In this document: positions 1 through 12,618 of the stretch, in pieces
Layout of the letters: every line of letters starts with the position of its first letter
How positions within the stretch are numbered: position 1 is the first letter of the stretch
From: Octopus bimaculoides
Taxonomy: Eukaryota
DNA length: 64,000 nt
Assembly: GCF_001194135.2 (NCBI RefSeq)
Contig: NC_068993.1
Location: 16,979,548 to 17,043,547 of the forward strand
Direction: 5' to 3'
Position numbers and translations under genes: made by a program
The notes under the pieces: generated by a model
Databases searched by the model: none
What the model was told of the DNA's origin: nothing
The model's input: only the letters and a program-made list of their open reading frames with translations

Positions 1-210
1 GCATGCACACCTACACACACTGTGGTTGCTTGTATGTATGAGTGTGTGTGTGTGTGTATGTGTGTGTGTGTGTGACACAAGGATGAGGAAGGAACATACG
101 AAACATGGGAAAAACACACAATGGATGTGAACCAGCTCTTCCCTCATCAGTTATTGAACCAAAAATTATCACCATCTCAACACTTTATCAATACTATTGT
201 TCAATTTAGT

Positions 211-382
211 GGCAGCCACAACACCGACTCCTTCACCTGCACGTCTACCAACATCATATATTGCCTCTCCTGCTCTCTCTGCCAATCCCTGTACATCGGA
301 CAAACGGGGCGGCGCCTGGCCGACCGATTCGCGGAACACCTCCGAGATATCAACGTCGGCAATGACACCCCGGTGTCACGCC
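211..382 (+). mobile_element. Penelope-like retroelement fragment, GIY-YIG endonuclease domain
   Basis: Frame 121..408 reads DSFTCTSTNIIYCLSCSLCQSLYIGQTGRRLADRFAEHLRDI: IY..C..C...YIGQT.R.L..R..EH pattern of PLE GIY-YIG domains. GC/CpG-rich relative to flanks; ends at an N-gap. Confidence 0.85.
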
Positions 383-509
383 NNNNNNNNNNCCCTAATG
401 ATGGCTGAAAATTGATTAAGGCTCTTCATCATTGTTTTCAATCTAAGGACGAAAAACTAGATTTGATATGTTTTTATGTTTACTGCATAGCTTTACATAT
501 ATAAATGTC

Positions 510-552
<43 letters not shown>

Positions 553-560
553 TGTATATA

Positions 561-830
561 TCATCATAATCATCATCTTCGTTTAACGTCCGCCTTCCAT
601 GCTAGCATGGGTTTGACGATTTGACTGAGGACTGGCGAACCAGATGGCTACACCAGGCTCCAATATGATTTGGCAGAGTTTCTACAGCTGGATGACCTTC
701 GTAATGCCAACCACTCTGAGAGTGTAATGGGTGCTTTTACGTGCCACCGGCACGAAGGCCAGTCAGGCGGTACTGGCAACGGCCACACTCAAAATGGTGT
801 ATTTTACATGCCACCTGCACAGGAGCCAGT
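561..830 (-). mobile_element. SINE-like family C (RTE-type tail ...GGACGTTAAACGATGATGATG)
   Basis: Plus strand (CAT)n-CGTTTAACGTCCGCCTTCCATGCTAGCATGGG...; homologous copies at 4167, 10285, 42277, 52725 (opposite strand), 54376, 56625. Confidence 0.8.
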
Positions 831-940
831 CTATATATATATATAGGCTTGGTCAAAAATCTTAATACAAAGATGAAATTTTATGTGTGTGTGTTTGTGT
901 GTGTGTGTATTTGCATAAATATGTCTTTATGCAAATACAT

Positions 941-1603
941 GTGCGTATAGCTGTGTGGTTAAGAAGTTCAGTTTGCAACCAAGTGGTCTGGGGTTCAGTC
1001 CCACTGTATGGAAATTTGGGTGAGTGTCTTCTACTCTAGCCTGAGACTGAACAAAACCTTGTTAGTGAATTTGATTGGCAGAAAGACCAGTGTGTGTGTG
1101 TGTGTGTTTTCATGTCTCATTGTCTTTGTATTGCATGCTAATTGTAAACAAACATCACCATCATACAAGTAGTGACATTCATTTGTATGAGGGGGTGCTG
1201 AAAAGATCCTGGCTTTAAGGGTATTGCAAAAGGGTTGGTTGGAGGCCCGACCTTCCAAGTTCTTTTACAGGGCTTAGAAAAACTGAAGGACTACTGCAAT
1301 ATGTCTGTGAATCTGAGAAGGGAATATATTAAATAAAATCATAATTAACTAATCCTCCTGTATTTTCTTTTACCAAAAGCCAAGAACTTTTCGACACCCT
1401 CTCCTAATCTTCCATGAAAACATATCCAACCATTGTTCTGTTGGTGTTCAAATAACTTATGAGGGGGATAAATATTATCTTACTTGCAAATAGACGAGTG
1501 TTGGTGACAGGAAAAGCATCCACTTGTAGAGAATCTGCCTCAATAAATTTCATTTGATCCATGCAAGCGTGGAGAAGTGGATTCTACAACAACGATGATG
1601 GTG

Positions 1604-1656
<53 letters not shown>
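941..1656 (+). mobile_element. tRNA-derived SINE family A, (GAT)n-tailed variant, interrupted by a mariner MITE
   Basis: Head GCTGTGTGGTTAAGAAG...GGTTCAGTCCCAC (pol III A/B-box-like), internal (TG)n, body matching the 31810-32230 copy, (GAT)n tail. Confidence 0.75.
1188..1404 (+). mobile_element. Mariner-derived MITE
   Basis: Imperfect ~28-bp TIRs (TGAGGGGGTGCTGAAAAGATCCTGGCTTT / AAAGCCAAGAACTTTTCGACACCCTCTCC), TA on both sides; internal remnant QGLEKLKDYCNMSVNLRREYIK* resembles a mariner transposase C-terminus; second copy at 55697. Confidence 0.85.
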
Positions 1657-1659
<3 letters not shown>

Positions 1660-1951
1660 AATGAAAATGAAAACTATCTACAAGATAGCTGCAAGTAACT
1701 AACTTAACTAATTTGTATTACATATTATGAGATATGAACTATGAAATATTTTATAATTTTGTCTTTTATTTGACATTTGAGATAGATACATCAACATTTT
1801 ATAAATTTATGCAATTGTCATCTGAAAAAAAAAAGAAAATCTCATATTGTTGCTTTACATAGCAATGGACTCATGTTCAGGAAGATATTAACTTAGCTAA
1901 CTGTGTCTGTTGTTGCTGTCAAGAAAACTTTGTATTGATTTCATTCAACAG

Positions 1952-2011
1952 GTGAATACAAATCATTTGGCAGATCAGGCAGACCTCGTAGCACAACTCT
2001 TCAAATCGATT
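1952..2011 (+). CDS. Candidate coding exon (VNTNHLADQADLVAQLFKSI in phase 0; alternative frame EYKSFGRSGRPRSTTLQID)
   Basis: Acceptor tttcattcaacag|, donor ATT|gtatga, 60 nt, non-repetitive; no homology recognised. Confidence 0.3.
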
Positions 2012-2080
2012 GTATGATTTATGATTCATCATCTTTCTATTGTATCTCCATTTGCATCTAGCATTGCCATACAAACACAG

Positions 2081-2180
2081 TTGTCAGCAACAGTAAAATA
2101 CAGCATGAAGACAATGAGACATCAACTGCGGAAAGACTTCAACCTAGTCGCAAGACGTCCAATATAAGGTTATCACAAGG
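2081..2180 (+). CDS. Candidate exon after a 69-nt intron
   Basis: Acceptor acacag| at 2080, donor AGG|gtaaaa at 2181. One frame ends LSATVKYSMKTMRHQLRKDFNLVARRPI* (TAA 2165-2167) with AATAAA ~20 nt later; another frame stays open to the donor. Confidence 0.25.
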
Positions 2181-2550
2181 GTAAAAAAAATAAAACTATC
2201 TTGGATCATCTGCAATTTGTAGAGATCACAAGAATTGGACAATGATGGGCTGACTTGGTGATAGAACATCTATTGCGCAGTTTACATCCTTTCATTCATC
2301 ACCTGTCAAACTTTTGGCACAATCCTAGGTGAACTGCGAGAGTCAAGCAAAATTCATTCGTTATCATACAAGGAAAGGGCATTTCTGCACAGGAAAGAGC
2401 TGGGATTTGGATAAAGCCTCAAGCTACAAAACACACACACACATATAGATAGTCATAGATATACATATGCATGTGCGCACACACATACACACACATATAT
2501 ATATATATATATATAAAGAGAGAGAGAAAGAGAGATAAAATATGACAGCC

Positions 2551-2860
2551 TACTTTTATTTTCCATCTACCAAATGTATTTACAAGGCTTTGGTCAGCCT
2601 AGGGTTATAGCAGAAAATACTTACTCAAGATATTGTGTAGTGGGACTGAACCCAAAACCACATGGTTAGGAAGCAAGTTTTTTAACCACACAGCCATGCC
2701 CAAGCCTCTGCGTGTATGTGTGTGTGTGTGTGTGTGTGTCTTTTACTTTTTACATGCTTTGGTCATTTGACTGCAGCCATGGTGGGTCACTGCTTTGAAG
2801 GGTTTTTTGTTGAACAAATGGACCCCAGGACTGATTGTTTTAAAGGGGGACAAACACAAA
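2551..2860 (-). mobile_element. SINE family A, two rearranged pieces
   Basis: Reverse complement of family A head (2551-2700) and 3' part (2745-2860). Confidence 0.7.
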
Positions 2861-3670
2861 GACACACACACACACACACACACAAATATATACATATATA
2901 TATATATATATGTGTATGTATGCACACACATGCATACATACACATATGTATATACACATTAGCAATAAAACTGAATCAAATACACTGAGTTTCATGTGAG
3001 GCACTTATATATTACCCTCATTATTTTACACTCCATTTTCTGTGATGGTATGATTTGGGGTGGAGGAATTGAGCCTATACAACTCGGTGCCCTTCTTGTT
3101 GGTGAACTCTTTTAGTTGCCTCTCACAACAAAAGGACTATACATGTGTGTGTGTGTGTGTGTGTCTGTGTGTAGGTTGCCTGAATTTTCTGACGTCTGTC
3201 AAGGAGCTAAAAGTAATCTATTTTCCTCCACAGTCATCATCATTAGTCTATCAGATTTTGGACTTAGCACAGGTTAGCAAATGATGAATAACTATTGTTC
3301 GGACAGAGTGGTATTGATCACATGACACTTATCTTTCTGTTTTTCTCTCTGTCTGAATATTGATTTTCTCTCAAATAAATAGACTGAACAGAAAGAAGTG
3401 GGGAAAAAAAAATCTAGTGTCTTTATTAATGGGAATTGATCCCTTAAAGTAAGATTTGTGGTAACATATATCTCTATCGACTGAAATTAACATAGGTGTT
3501 GATAAAGGATTACAGAATAAATTTCCCATAGAATTTACCAATACCACTGGTTATGGTGCTATTGATGCTGATGCTGGTGGGTGCTGGGGGGTTGTTAGCC
3601 TTGTTTGGGTAGTTCTGAGATCAAGAATATTCTAGACATGATTGTCCCCACCACTACCTTTATTTTCATA

Positions 3671-4035
3671 GACACAGGCTTGGGTGTGTGGTTAAGAAGC
3701 TTACTTTGTAACCACATGGTTTTCGGTTCAATCCCACTGCACAACAGTATGAGCAAATGTCTTCTACTATAGTCCCCAGATTGACAAATACCGTGTAAAT
3801 GAATTTGGTTGATGGAAACTACATGGAAACCCATCGCACGTGAGTTTGTTTGTTCCCCCACCCATCACTTAACAACCGGTGTCGTTTTGTTTACATCCCC
3901 ATAATCTAGTGGTTTGGTGAAAGAGACCAATAGAATAAGTACCAGACTTAAAAAAAAAAGATAAATGCTGTGGTCAGTTTGATTGCCCGAGCATGACCAC
4001 AGTCCAGTAACTGAAGCAACTAAGAGGCAAAAAAA
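3671..4035 (+). mobile_element. SINE family A, near full length
   Basis: Head, body and tail collinear with the 62572-63030 copy. Confidence 0.8.
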
Positions 4036-4424
4036 GTATAAAAGTTCTTCTCAAATTGTCTTTATTTTTTGCCAAGTCAGCAGATTTTAATTTGAAAAAG
4101 GTATTTGGTTGTTATTCCTAACCAGTTGATCAACCATAGAGAAGTTCTCACATTGGTTCACTTTCACATCATCATCATCATCATCATCATTTAACATCCG
4201 TTTTCCATGCTAGCATGGGTTGGACGGTTTGAACAGAGCTGGTGAGTGAGAAGACTGTGCCAAGCTGTGTCTGGATTAGCATGGTTTCTGACATTGAAAC
4301 AATCGAAGATAGGATAAAATTTATTTAAAACAAAAGAAAAATAATAATAATAATAATAATAATAATAATTATAATAATAATAATAATAATAAGTATTTCT
4401 ACACTAATAGGCACAAGCACTAAT

Positions 4425-4780
4425 AGGCAGTGTAGTTAAGAAGCTTCTCTCCTTTTCAACCATGTGGTTTCATGTTCAGTCCCACTGCACAGTACCTCGG
4501 GCAAATATCTTCTACTATAGCCCTGGTGACCACTACCTTGTGAGTGAATTTGATGGATGGAAGCCCATTGTGTGTGTGTCTTTGTGCATATGTTTCTCCC
4601 TTCCCCACCACTTGAAAACCAGTGTTGGTTTGTTTACATCCCCATAACTTAACAGTTCGGTGAAAGAGACTGATAGAATATATACCAGACTCAAAAAATA
4701 AGTACTAGGGTCGATTTGTTCATCACTAAACCCTCCAAGGTGGTGCCCCAGTATGGCCAGAGATGAGTAAACAAAATAAG
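4425..4780 (+). mobile_element. SINE family A, near full length
   Basis: GTGTAGTTAAGAAGCTT...GTTCAGTCCCAC head and ...CCCCAGTATGGCC 3' end as in other copies. Confidence 0.8.
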
Positions 4781-6036
4781 AGGTATTAAATCACTAGCAA
4801 ATTTCAAAAGCTCACATCCTATTTAGGTAGAGTGAGCTTACCATAAACGAATCCCAGATTGGAAGTTTTTGCAGTGAATTATCAATTAAGTCAAATGACT
4901 CCAACTAGATTCAGATCACCCTGACCTCATGTTATAATATGGGTATTGTTGCATTTGGTTGAAGTATTTGAATTAAAATGCCATTTGCTATTTAGCTCTA
5001 TGTGTGTGTGTTGTTGTAACTATTGTTCACAGGAGTATACAAAAAGTCCTGAGCTCATCAGTTTCTTATGAAGACCAGTGAAATAAAAATAACTTGAAAA
5101 GAAACAGGAAAACAACAAGAATGGCATCCTGCCATTGAACACTGACTCTATTTGCCTCAGCCACCCCGTGTCAGGATAGAAAAAGACATAAAACGATGTC
5201 GATCATCATAATCATCAAAGGAATCTATGGAATGAAATTATAATTTGAATTTAAATCGTGTTTTCAAATCGCTGCAGGAAATTTAATTTGTCTATAGAGT
5301 TTCACAATTTAAATTTAATTAACTTTACCATTTATGGGTATTTACATTTCGAATGTAATATGTCTGGAAGAAGAATGATAAACCAGTAATAATATATGAG
5401 AAATGAGTGTTGAAAGCACCTTGTTTTGGAAGTCTGTGTCTTTTCTATACTTCTTTCGTGGTGTGGCCAAGGCACTTACCATTGCTTGCCCTGCATACCC
5501 TGCAACAAAGCTCAAACTTCAAACCATCTATATTATTATTTTGTTTGTCATGGTACTGTGTTTGTATGTTAGGCTTCAAAGAGAATATATAGAAGTGCCA
5601 CTTCAAAGAGAATCAAAAAAAAAAATGAAAATGTTTTCCTATTGCAAAAAGTGAAAAGTNNNNNNNNNNNNNNNNNNNNNNNNNNNNNNNNNNNNNNNNN
5701 NNNNNNNNNNNNNNNNNNNNNNNNNNNNNNNNNNNNNNNNNNNNNNNNNNNNNNNNNNNNNNNNNNNNNNNNNNNNNNNNNNNNNNNNNNNNNNNNNNNN
5801 NNNNNNNNNNNNNNNNNNNNNNNNNNNNNNNNNNNNNNNNNNNNNNNNNNNNNNNNNNNNNNNNNNNNNNNNNNNNNNNNNNNNNNNNNNNNNNNNNNNN
5901 NNNNNNNNNNNNNNNNNNNNNATATATATATATATACATATATATATATATGTATGTATATACATGTGTATGTTTGTATGTATATATATATATATATCTT
6001 CATCATCATCAGTTAGTATCAATATTCTATGCTAGC

Positions 6037-6069
<33 letters not shown>

Positions 6070-7042
6070 CATGTATAGCTGAATGTGAAAGCAGGTGGAA
6101 ATATATAGGTAAATAGACAAGCAGACAAATAGACGAATAGAAAGACATATTTATAAAAGCAGAAAGACAATTATATATCAATGCATTTGTCTCTGTACAT
6201 ATATGTTTGTGTGCTTTCCTGTCCTCACTTAATGCACACACATATCCTATTTATTCAACTACAATGCAATCGCAAATATAATGTAACCCCCATTTTTGAT
6301 AGTTAAGAATCAATAATATACTTTACCCTCTTATATAATGTGACCCCCTGAGTGCAACTACAGTTATTTATACTTTTTAAGAAACCAATATAATGTAGCT
6401 GTAAATGTTAAAACATGAAAAAATTAAAATACAAACACTAAAACTGGCATGATTCCTGCTTTTGCCCAGTGATGTTTACTTAAGAGGTATTGAATAATGG
6501 CTGTAGCACAGGTTAAAAAAAAGGTCATTGTTCATAAAATGAGTTTATCAATTAAAAATCATCAAACTCTGATTTATCATGTTTCTCAAATCATTCTTTT
6601 TGATTTTAGATTTACATAAGTGCCCCGTCCTATCATTTCCTCGTCTTTTTTCAGTCTAAACTTGCAGTTGTGTCTGCAGCTTGCATCCAGAGCATTCCGC
6701 AGCAAGTTATCTCCTGCTTCAACCGGATTATTGCTGACGCCAGTCTTTAAAAAGCTTTAGTAAAGCATATGTTCTGGTGAAACATCCTAAGCTAAGTTCA
6801 AGTTAAATAGCGACAGTAACAAAGCCAGATTTTCTGAGATGATATCCATGATATCTAGCGCTTCCATACTGCCTTCTTCAATGGTTTGTTCAGAATATCA
6901 AAAGACTGAATAATACCTGAGGTTACAGCATGATGAGTTTTCATATCTTATAATATAAGTGTTCCATTGGATCAGTAAAGTAAACTCTAAACTGGTCTTA
7001 CACCAGCTTTGTATTTTTTTTTATGCTTTATGTTGTTTATTC

Positions 7043-7339
7043 CAGGGGTTTTCAAACTGTGGTCCGCGGACTACAGGGGGTCCGCAAGGACAAAACAGGG
7101 GCTCCGTAGACAGCAAATACTTTTTATGGGCAATTTGATTTTATTTATGTTTCTTAATCAAAATCTTTTAATTGACAATAAACCTATTTGTTAAATACTG
7201 TTAAATAAATAAATGTAAAAATATATGTTATTTTAAGCAAATATTTATGTATAAATTTCATAAGCGTTTATAAGGGGGTCCCTAAGGTAAAGCCTGAAAT
7301 ATAAAGGGGTCTGCAAGTCAAAAAGTTTGAAAACCCCTG
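7043..7339. mobile_element. hAT-type MITE
   Basis: Perfect 16-bp TIR CAGGGGTTTTCAAACT; exact 8-bp TSD GTTTATTC (7035-7042, 7340-7347). Confidence 0.9.
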
Positions 7340-8640
7340 GTTTATTCCATACTTGTCACAATCATACGCCTATGCTTCCCCCACTCCATCCATCTCACCT
7401 TTAGGATGGTAGAAAACAAGCAACGCTAGAAGGAAATGCTTGTTCCTTAGGAATTGTCTTTGTTTTAAAAATAACGATGGTATTTTGTTTGGTTCCAGCC
7501 AACTAGGGACACAAATCTTCAGTAAAATGGATTTTTCATGTCCCGTTCTTCTAACGCAGTTGTTTTTTCCTCCACCCTCTGGTCTGCTCCCTGGCATATC
7601 AAAAATAACGAGTATCTCAGCCATGTTCCCAGTGTCACCCACTCCAAAGGCTTGCTGCTTTCTCCCACTTTTATATTAAGCTAGGGAAACTGCTTAATCT
7701 CATCAGCCAAATCAGAGGACTGTTTCTATGAAATTTTTGTTTTCTAACATAGAGCTAGATAATTGCCTTTTGTAGAATCTCTGGCACCTTCCATCTGAAA
7801 ATTTGAAAGAGTAATTAACTCTATATTTCACACCATATTTCCTTTATCATATGACATTAACTTTACAAACTGTTTGATTATAAAATATCCATCTTTTCTC
7901 TTGTCTTTTACCCTATTCACTCAATCCTCTTTCCAGTTCTGGATAGTGAACCTATTTTTCCCTGAGATATTGTCTACTGCTTGACATTTTCTGCAATTCA
8001 GTTTTCTTCTTTTTCTTTTCCATAACCTTAATGTTGTTCTCAACATAAAATTTCCTAGAGGCTGTGTAGTTGTTCTTTACAGCAAATTTCTATTTTGCTC
8101 TGTAAGCAATATGTCTCTTTTCACATCCATGCTTGTATTGTGAGGATGTTAACTGGAGATTTTTTTTTTTTTAAACTACTAGCATATGTCAGTGTAACTT
8201 TCACGTTTTAAACTGTCATCTGTAATCTTTTTAATTAAATAATCATTTTTTTTTTTTTTACAATAGAGTGTAAAGCAATGCAGCACAAATGGGTCTTCAT
8301 TACACATACAGTGCTTCATAGCGGCAGGCAATGAAGTGTATACATTAGCCATTAAATGTTTCAGAGATGCTACTTTCAATATCTTTGTCTTAACGCACTT
8401 TGTTGTTGCATTTATTATTATTACTATGTTCATGTACAAAGTTATTAGCTCAGTTTTACTCCCAATTTTTAAAAATACTAAATTGCTTGCATTGTACACA
8501 AAAGCAGTATATATGTGTGCATATATGTATGTTCATATACATTTCTCTCTTTCTCTTCATATATATATATATAGAGAGAGAGAGAGAGGGATAGATAGAT
8601 ACACACACACGTGTGTGTGTGTAAAGGTAGACAGACAGAC

Positions 8641-8796
8641 ACAGGTGTGGCTGTGTGATTAAGAAGTTTACTTCCCAACCACATGGTTTCAGGTTCAGTC
8701 CTACAGCATGGCACCTTCAGCAAGTGTCTTCTTCTACAGGCCTGGGTCAAACAAAGTCATGTGAGTGGATTTCATTGACAGAAAATGAAAGAAGCC

Positions 8797-8849
<53 letters not shown>

Positions 8850-9050
8850 TCCTCCACCACTGCTAGTGTTTGTGTGTTTGTTCTCCACCAACTAGTGTTG
8901 GTGTGTCTACATCCCTGTAACTTAGCAGTTCAGCATACGTGACCAATAAAATAAGTACTGGAGTTGATTCATTCAACTAAAATTCTTCAAGGCAGTGCCC
9001 TAGCATGGCCACAGTTCAAATGACTGAAACAAGAATAAGCTGAGAAATAA
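8641..9050 (+). mobile_element. SINE family A, near full length
   Basis: Collinear with other family A copies; internal (TG)n. Confidence 0.8.
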
Positions 9051-9154
9051 AGATACTTTTTATCCATAACTGTCCATTGATATCATTTTGTTATAAACTT
9101 ATCAGTCTTAAATATTGTAAGTCAGTTATAGAAATGGCAATATTTACAAAACTC

Positions 9155-9575
9155 AAGGTGGCGAGCTAGCAGAAGCATTTGCATGCCGGGCGAAATGCTT
9201 AGCGGTATTTCGTCTGCTGTTACGTTCTGAGTTCAAATTCCGCCGAGGTCAACTTTGCCTTTCATCCTTTCGAGGTCAATAAATTAAGTACCAGTTACGC
9301 ACTGGGGTCAATGTAATCGATTTAATCCCTTTGTCTGTCCCTGTTTGTCCCCTCTATGTTTAGCCCCTTGTGGGCAATTAAGAAATAAGAAGCATTAGCA
9401 TGCCGGGCGAAATGTTTAGCGGTATTTCATCTGAGTTCAAATTCCGCCAAGGTCTTACTTTACCTTTCAACCTTTCAGGGTTAATAAATTAAGTACCAGT
9501 TGCATACTGGGTCAATCTAATCGACCAGCCCCCTCCCCCAAAATTTCGGGCCTGTGGCCTAGAGTAGAAGAGAAT
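9155..9575 (+). mobile_element. SINE family B, dimeric form
   Basis: Head GGTGGCGAGCTAGCAGAAG...GAGTTCAAATTCCGCC and body CTTTGCCTTTCATCCTTTCGAGGTCAATAAATTAAGTACCAG; second monomer begins ~9392; same dimer junction at ~61920. Confidence 0.85.
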
Positions 9576-9769
9576 ATTTGCAAAACTCTGAGTTGTAATA
9601 GACAGTAATCTCAGCACTATAAATAAAAGTTTCCATACTATGTCTATGCTAAATACTTTTTTTCATTTGTTTCTCAACCAAAACACACACAGAAACACTT
9701 TTTCTCTGCCATTTAAAAACCTTTATCGCTGCAACAGAATGTTTAGAGAAAGAGGCATTGTCACAAAAA

Positions 9770-10042
9770 GTATAACAAAGGTAGACAAAAGGTTATCACA
9801 CGTGCCTACGAACTTGAAACATAAAGTGTTGGAACAAAGCATACTTCAAAGCATTTCGTCAGATGAATGCTCTGATGATTCTGCCAGTCCACTGCTCTGG
9901 ACTGAAACCTTATTTCATCAACCCTCAGACTAGTGACAGGGAAACTGACCTCGATGTTATTTGAACTCGGAATGCTAAGAACTGCAACAGATACCACAAG
10001 GCATTTTGCCTGATGCTCTAACAACTCTGCCAGTAGCCTGCT
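9770..10042 (-). mobile_element. Two decayed SINE family B heads in tandem
   Basis: Reverse complement shows GCAGTGGACTGGCAGAATCATCAG... and GCTACTGGCAGAGTTGTTAGAGCATCAGGCAAAATGCC...GAGTTCAAAT. Confidence 0.6.
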
Positions 10043-10284
10043 TTTCTAAATAGCTGCAAGTGTGCTCACATGCACACAACACATATACATACAGTCACAC
10101 ACACACACACACACACAGCTACATACACACACAGGATGAGAGCTTTTGAAGATAAAAGGCAATTTGATCTTAATAGCGGATGGAAAACACACAAACATGT
10201 ATGCACACATTTTTTTATAATTCATTCTTAAACTTGGATTACAGTTCATTATTTCCTGTGATTCAAAGGATATTTCATTGTATG

Positions 10285-10485
10285 CGTCTATGTCATTATC
10301 ATTTACCGTCCGTTTTCCATGCTGGCATGGGTTGGATGGTTTGACTGAAAACTGGTCAGCTGGAGAGCTGCACCAGGTTCCAAACTGATTTGGCATGGTT
10401 TCTACGGCTGGATGCCCTTCCAAGAGTGTAGTGGGTGCTTTTTACATGCCACCGGCATAGGTGCCAGTTCTATAACACTGGCATA
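10285..10485 (-). mobile_element. SINE-like family C
   Basis: Homologous to 561-830. Confidence 0.75.
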
Positions 10486-10584
10486 TGTCTATATATATAT
10501 ATATATATATATATAATAATACAAATGATATATGAGCATATGCATGTATCGAACGCCACACGTCCATTTGCAAGTAAGTTTTAA

Positions 10585-10670
<86 letters not shown>

Positions 10671-10713
10671 GAGAATACACACACACACACATACACATAG
10701 AGAGAGGTCTATC

Positions 10714-10752
<39 letters not shown>

Positions 10753-10819
10753 TTANNNNNNNNNNNNNNNNNNNNNNNNNNNNNNNNNNNNNNNNNNNNN
10801 NNNNNNNNNNNNNNNNNNN

Positions 10820-10886
<67 letters not shown>

Positions 10887-10929
10887 GAGAATACACACAC
10901 ACACACATACACATAGAGAGAGGTCTATC

Positions 10930-10968
<39 letters not shown>

Positions 10969-11981
10969 TTACACACACACACACATATATATACATTGAT
11001 AACTATGTAGGTATGTGTGTGTGCATATACTTATAAATATACGTATGTATGTACACACACACTCTCTCGTGTTGTGTCTGCACATCCATGAGTGTGTGTA
11101 TGCCGCTTCAGATTTTCTCTAATTTTCCTCGCTGTGCAGACACAGACGCACACAGATGCAAACACATGATGCACACACTGTCATCGTTGTTGTCGAAGTG
11201 TTGATGTTTATATAATATCTCTTGCATGTTGTGTCAATATGGTGCTGCTGGAATTTCACAGAATGCTGCAACATGATAATGTCATCACTGCAAACATCAA
11301 TTGAGCGAAATAGTTGCAATGTCTGTAATATTGATTTATGCACGTTCGGAGTATGTTCGTGCCTGTGTATGACCAAATTGTCTTTTGTCTTCGCATACGT
11401 CTGTTCTGCATACATGTACATGTGTTTGCGTGCGTGCGTGCGTGTGTGTGTGTGTGTGTGTATGTGTGTGCTCTTGTATCTCTCTGTATATGTCATGTGT
11501 TTGCAGCTAAACGAAGTACGTTTTATTTAAATATTCAATCGAGATTTTAATCACCCTGATGCCAACCCAAACAAGTAAAAGACGAACACTTCTACGAGAT
11601 CAGCCGGTTTGCTAGAAATAGCAGCTAAATCTCGTTCATATTGCACTCGACTAACTTTTTATTTTTTAAAAAAGAAAGAGAACTGCTCGGAAAAAAAATA
11701 ACAGACTGGTCACGGCTGGAGCGTCATTGGTTCTACTAGGACTAATTCGTTAGTAAATGCTAACATCTTAGATCTAAACATCAACAAACATTGAATACAA
11801 AACTCAAGTGTACCGTACTATATCCGCCTCCTCCCTTACTCCACCACCAAACAAACTAGATTAATTTGTTTTTGTTGTTGTTGTCGTTGTCGAGCCAACA
11901 CACATGCACAGACAGAAACATAGAATGCCATTTAGTATTATCACACACAACCACTGACTTCCCTATCAAACAGTTTAACAG

Positions 11982-12095
11982 GCGAAATACTTGCGGCAGA
12001 CAGTCACTGTTGTTGGAAATATACATCGTCTGCACAAGATGCGGCCGGATCGTGCTAATGTGTACATTCCTGACTTTTCGAAAATATCTGCCAGA
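11982..12095 (+). CDS. Candidate phase 0-0 coding exon AKYLRQTVTVVGNIHRLHKMRPDRANVYIPDFSKISAR
   Basis: Acceptor tttaacag|, strong donor AGA|gtgagt, 114 nt open, unique sequence between microsatellites. Confidence 0.35.
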
Positions 12096-12455
12096 GTGAG
12101 TAACTGATATATATATTTATATATACTTGTGTGTTTGTGTGTATGCGTGCGCGTATGTATGTATGCATACATGGTCATTCATGTAGTTTTGAATTTTATA
12201 TATTGTTGTAAAGTGCATAAATATTGTTTCAAATCTTACATATATTATAAATTTTATATGTATGTATATGTGTGTATATATAATTGATATATATATATAT
12301 CAATTTATTAAACAAGTTTTACTATGGATTGCGTTATGGCTCTTATTTAAATTGATATGCACACAAAATTGTCTTATAAACAACTTTTCATGTGAGAATT
12401 TTGCTACGTTGATAACAGGTACAATATTTTTACCAAATATTTGGAAGAGATCTAA

Positions 12456-12500
<45 letters not shown>

Positions 12501-12572
12501 NNNNNNNNNNNNNNNNNNNNNNNNNNNNNNNNNNNNNNNNNNNNNNNNNNNNNNNNNNNNNNNNNNNNNNNN

Positions 12573-12618
<46 letters not shown>

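Noticed and set aside
5569-6022. ORFs spanning N-runs (also ~13.7k, 17.3-18.2k, 20.8-21.5k, 33.2-33.7k, 60.2-60.7k, 63.3-63.9k)
   Set aside because: Open only because N codons are not stops.
6610-6750. Minus-strand peptide ending EEMIGRGTY resembling a kinase glycine-rich loop
   Set aside because: No following GxV or other kinase subdomains nearby; the plus strand has an equally plausible acceptor and frame, so likely chance.
7370-7680. Minus-strand TATAAAAG followed by a 90-aa ORF
   Set aside because: TATA words are common in AT-rich DNA; the peptide is unrecognisable and has no splice support.
9640-9933. 97-aa plus-strand ORF
   Set aside because: Its 3' half is the antisense of a SINE B head.
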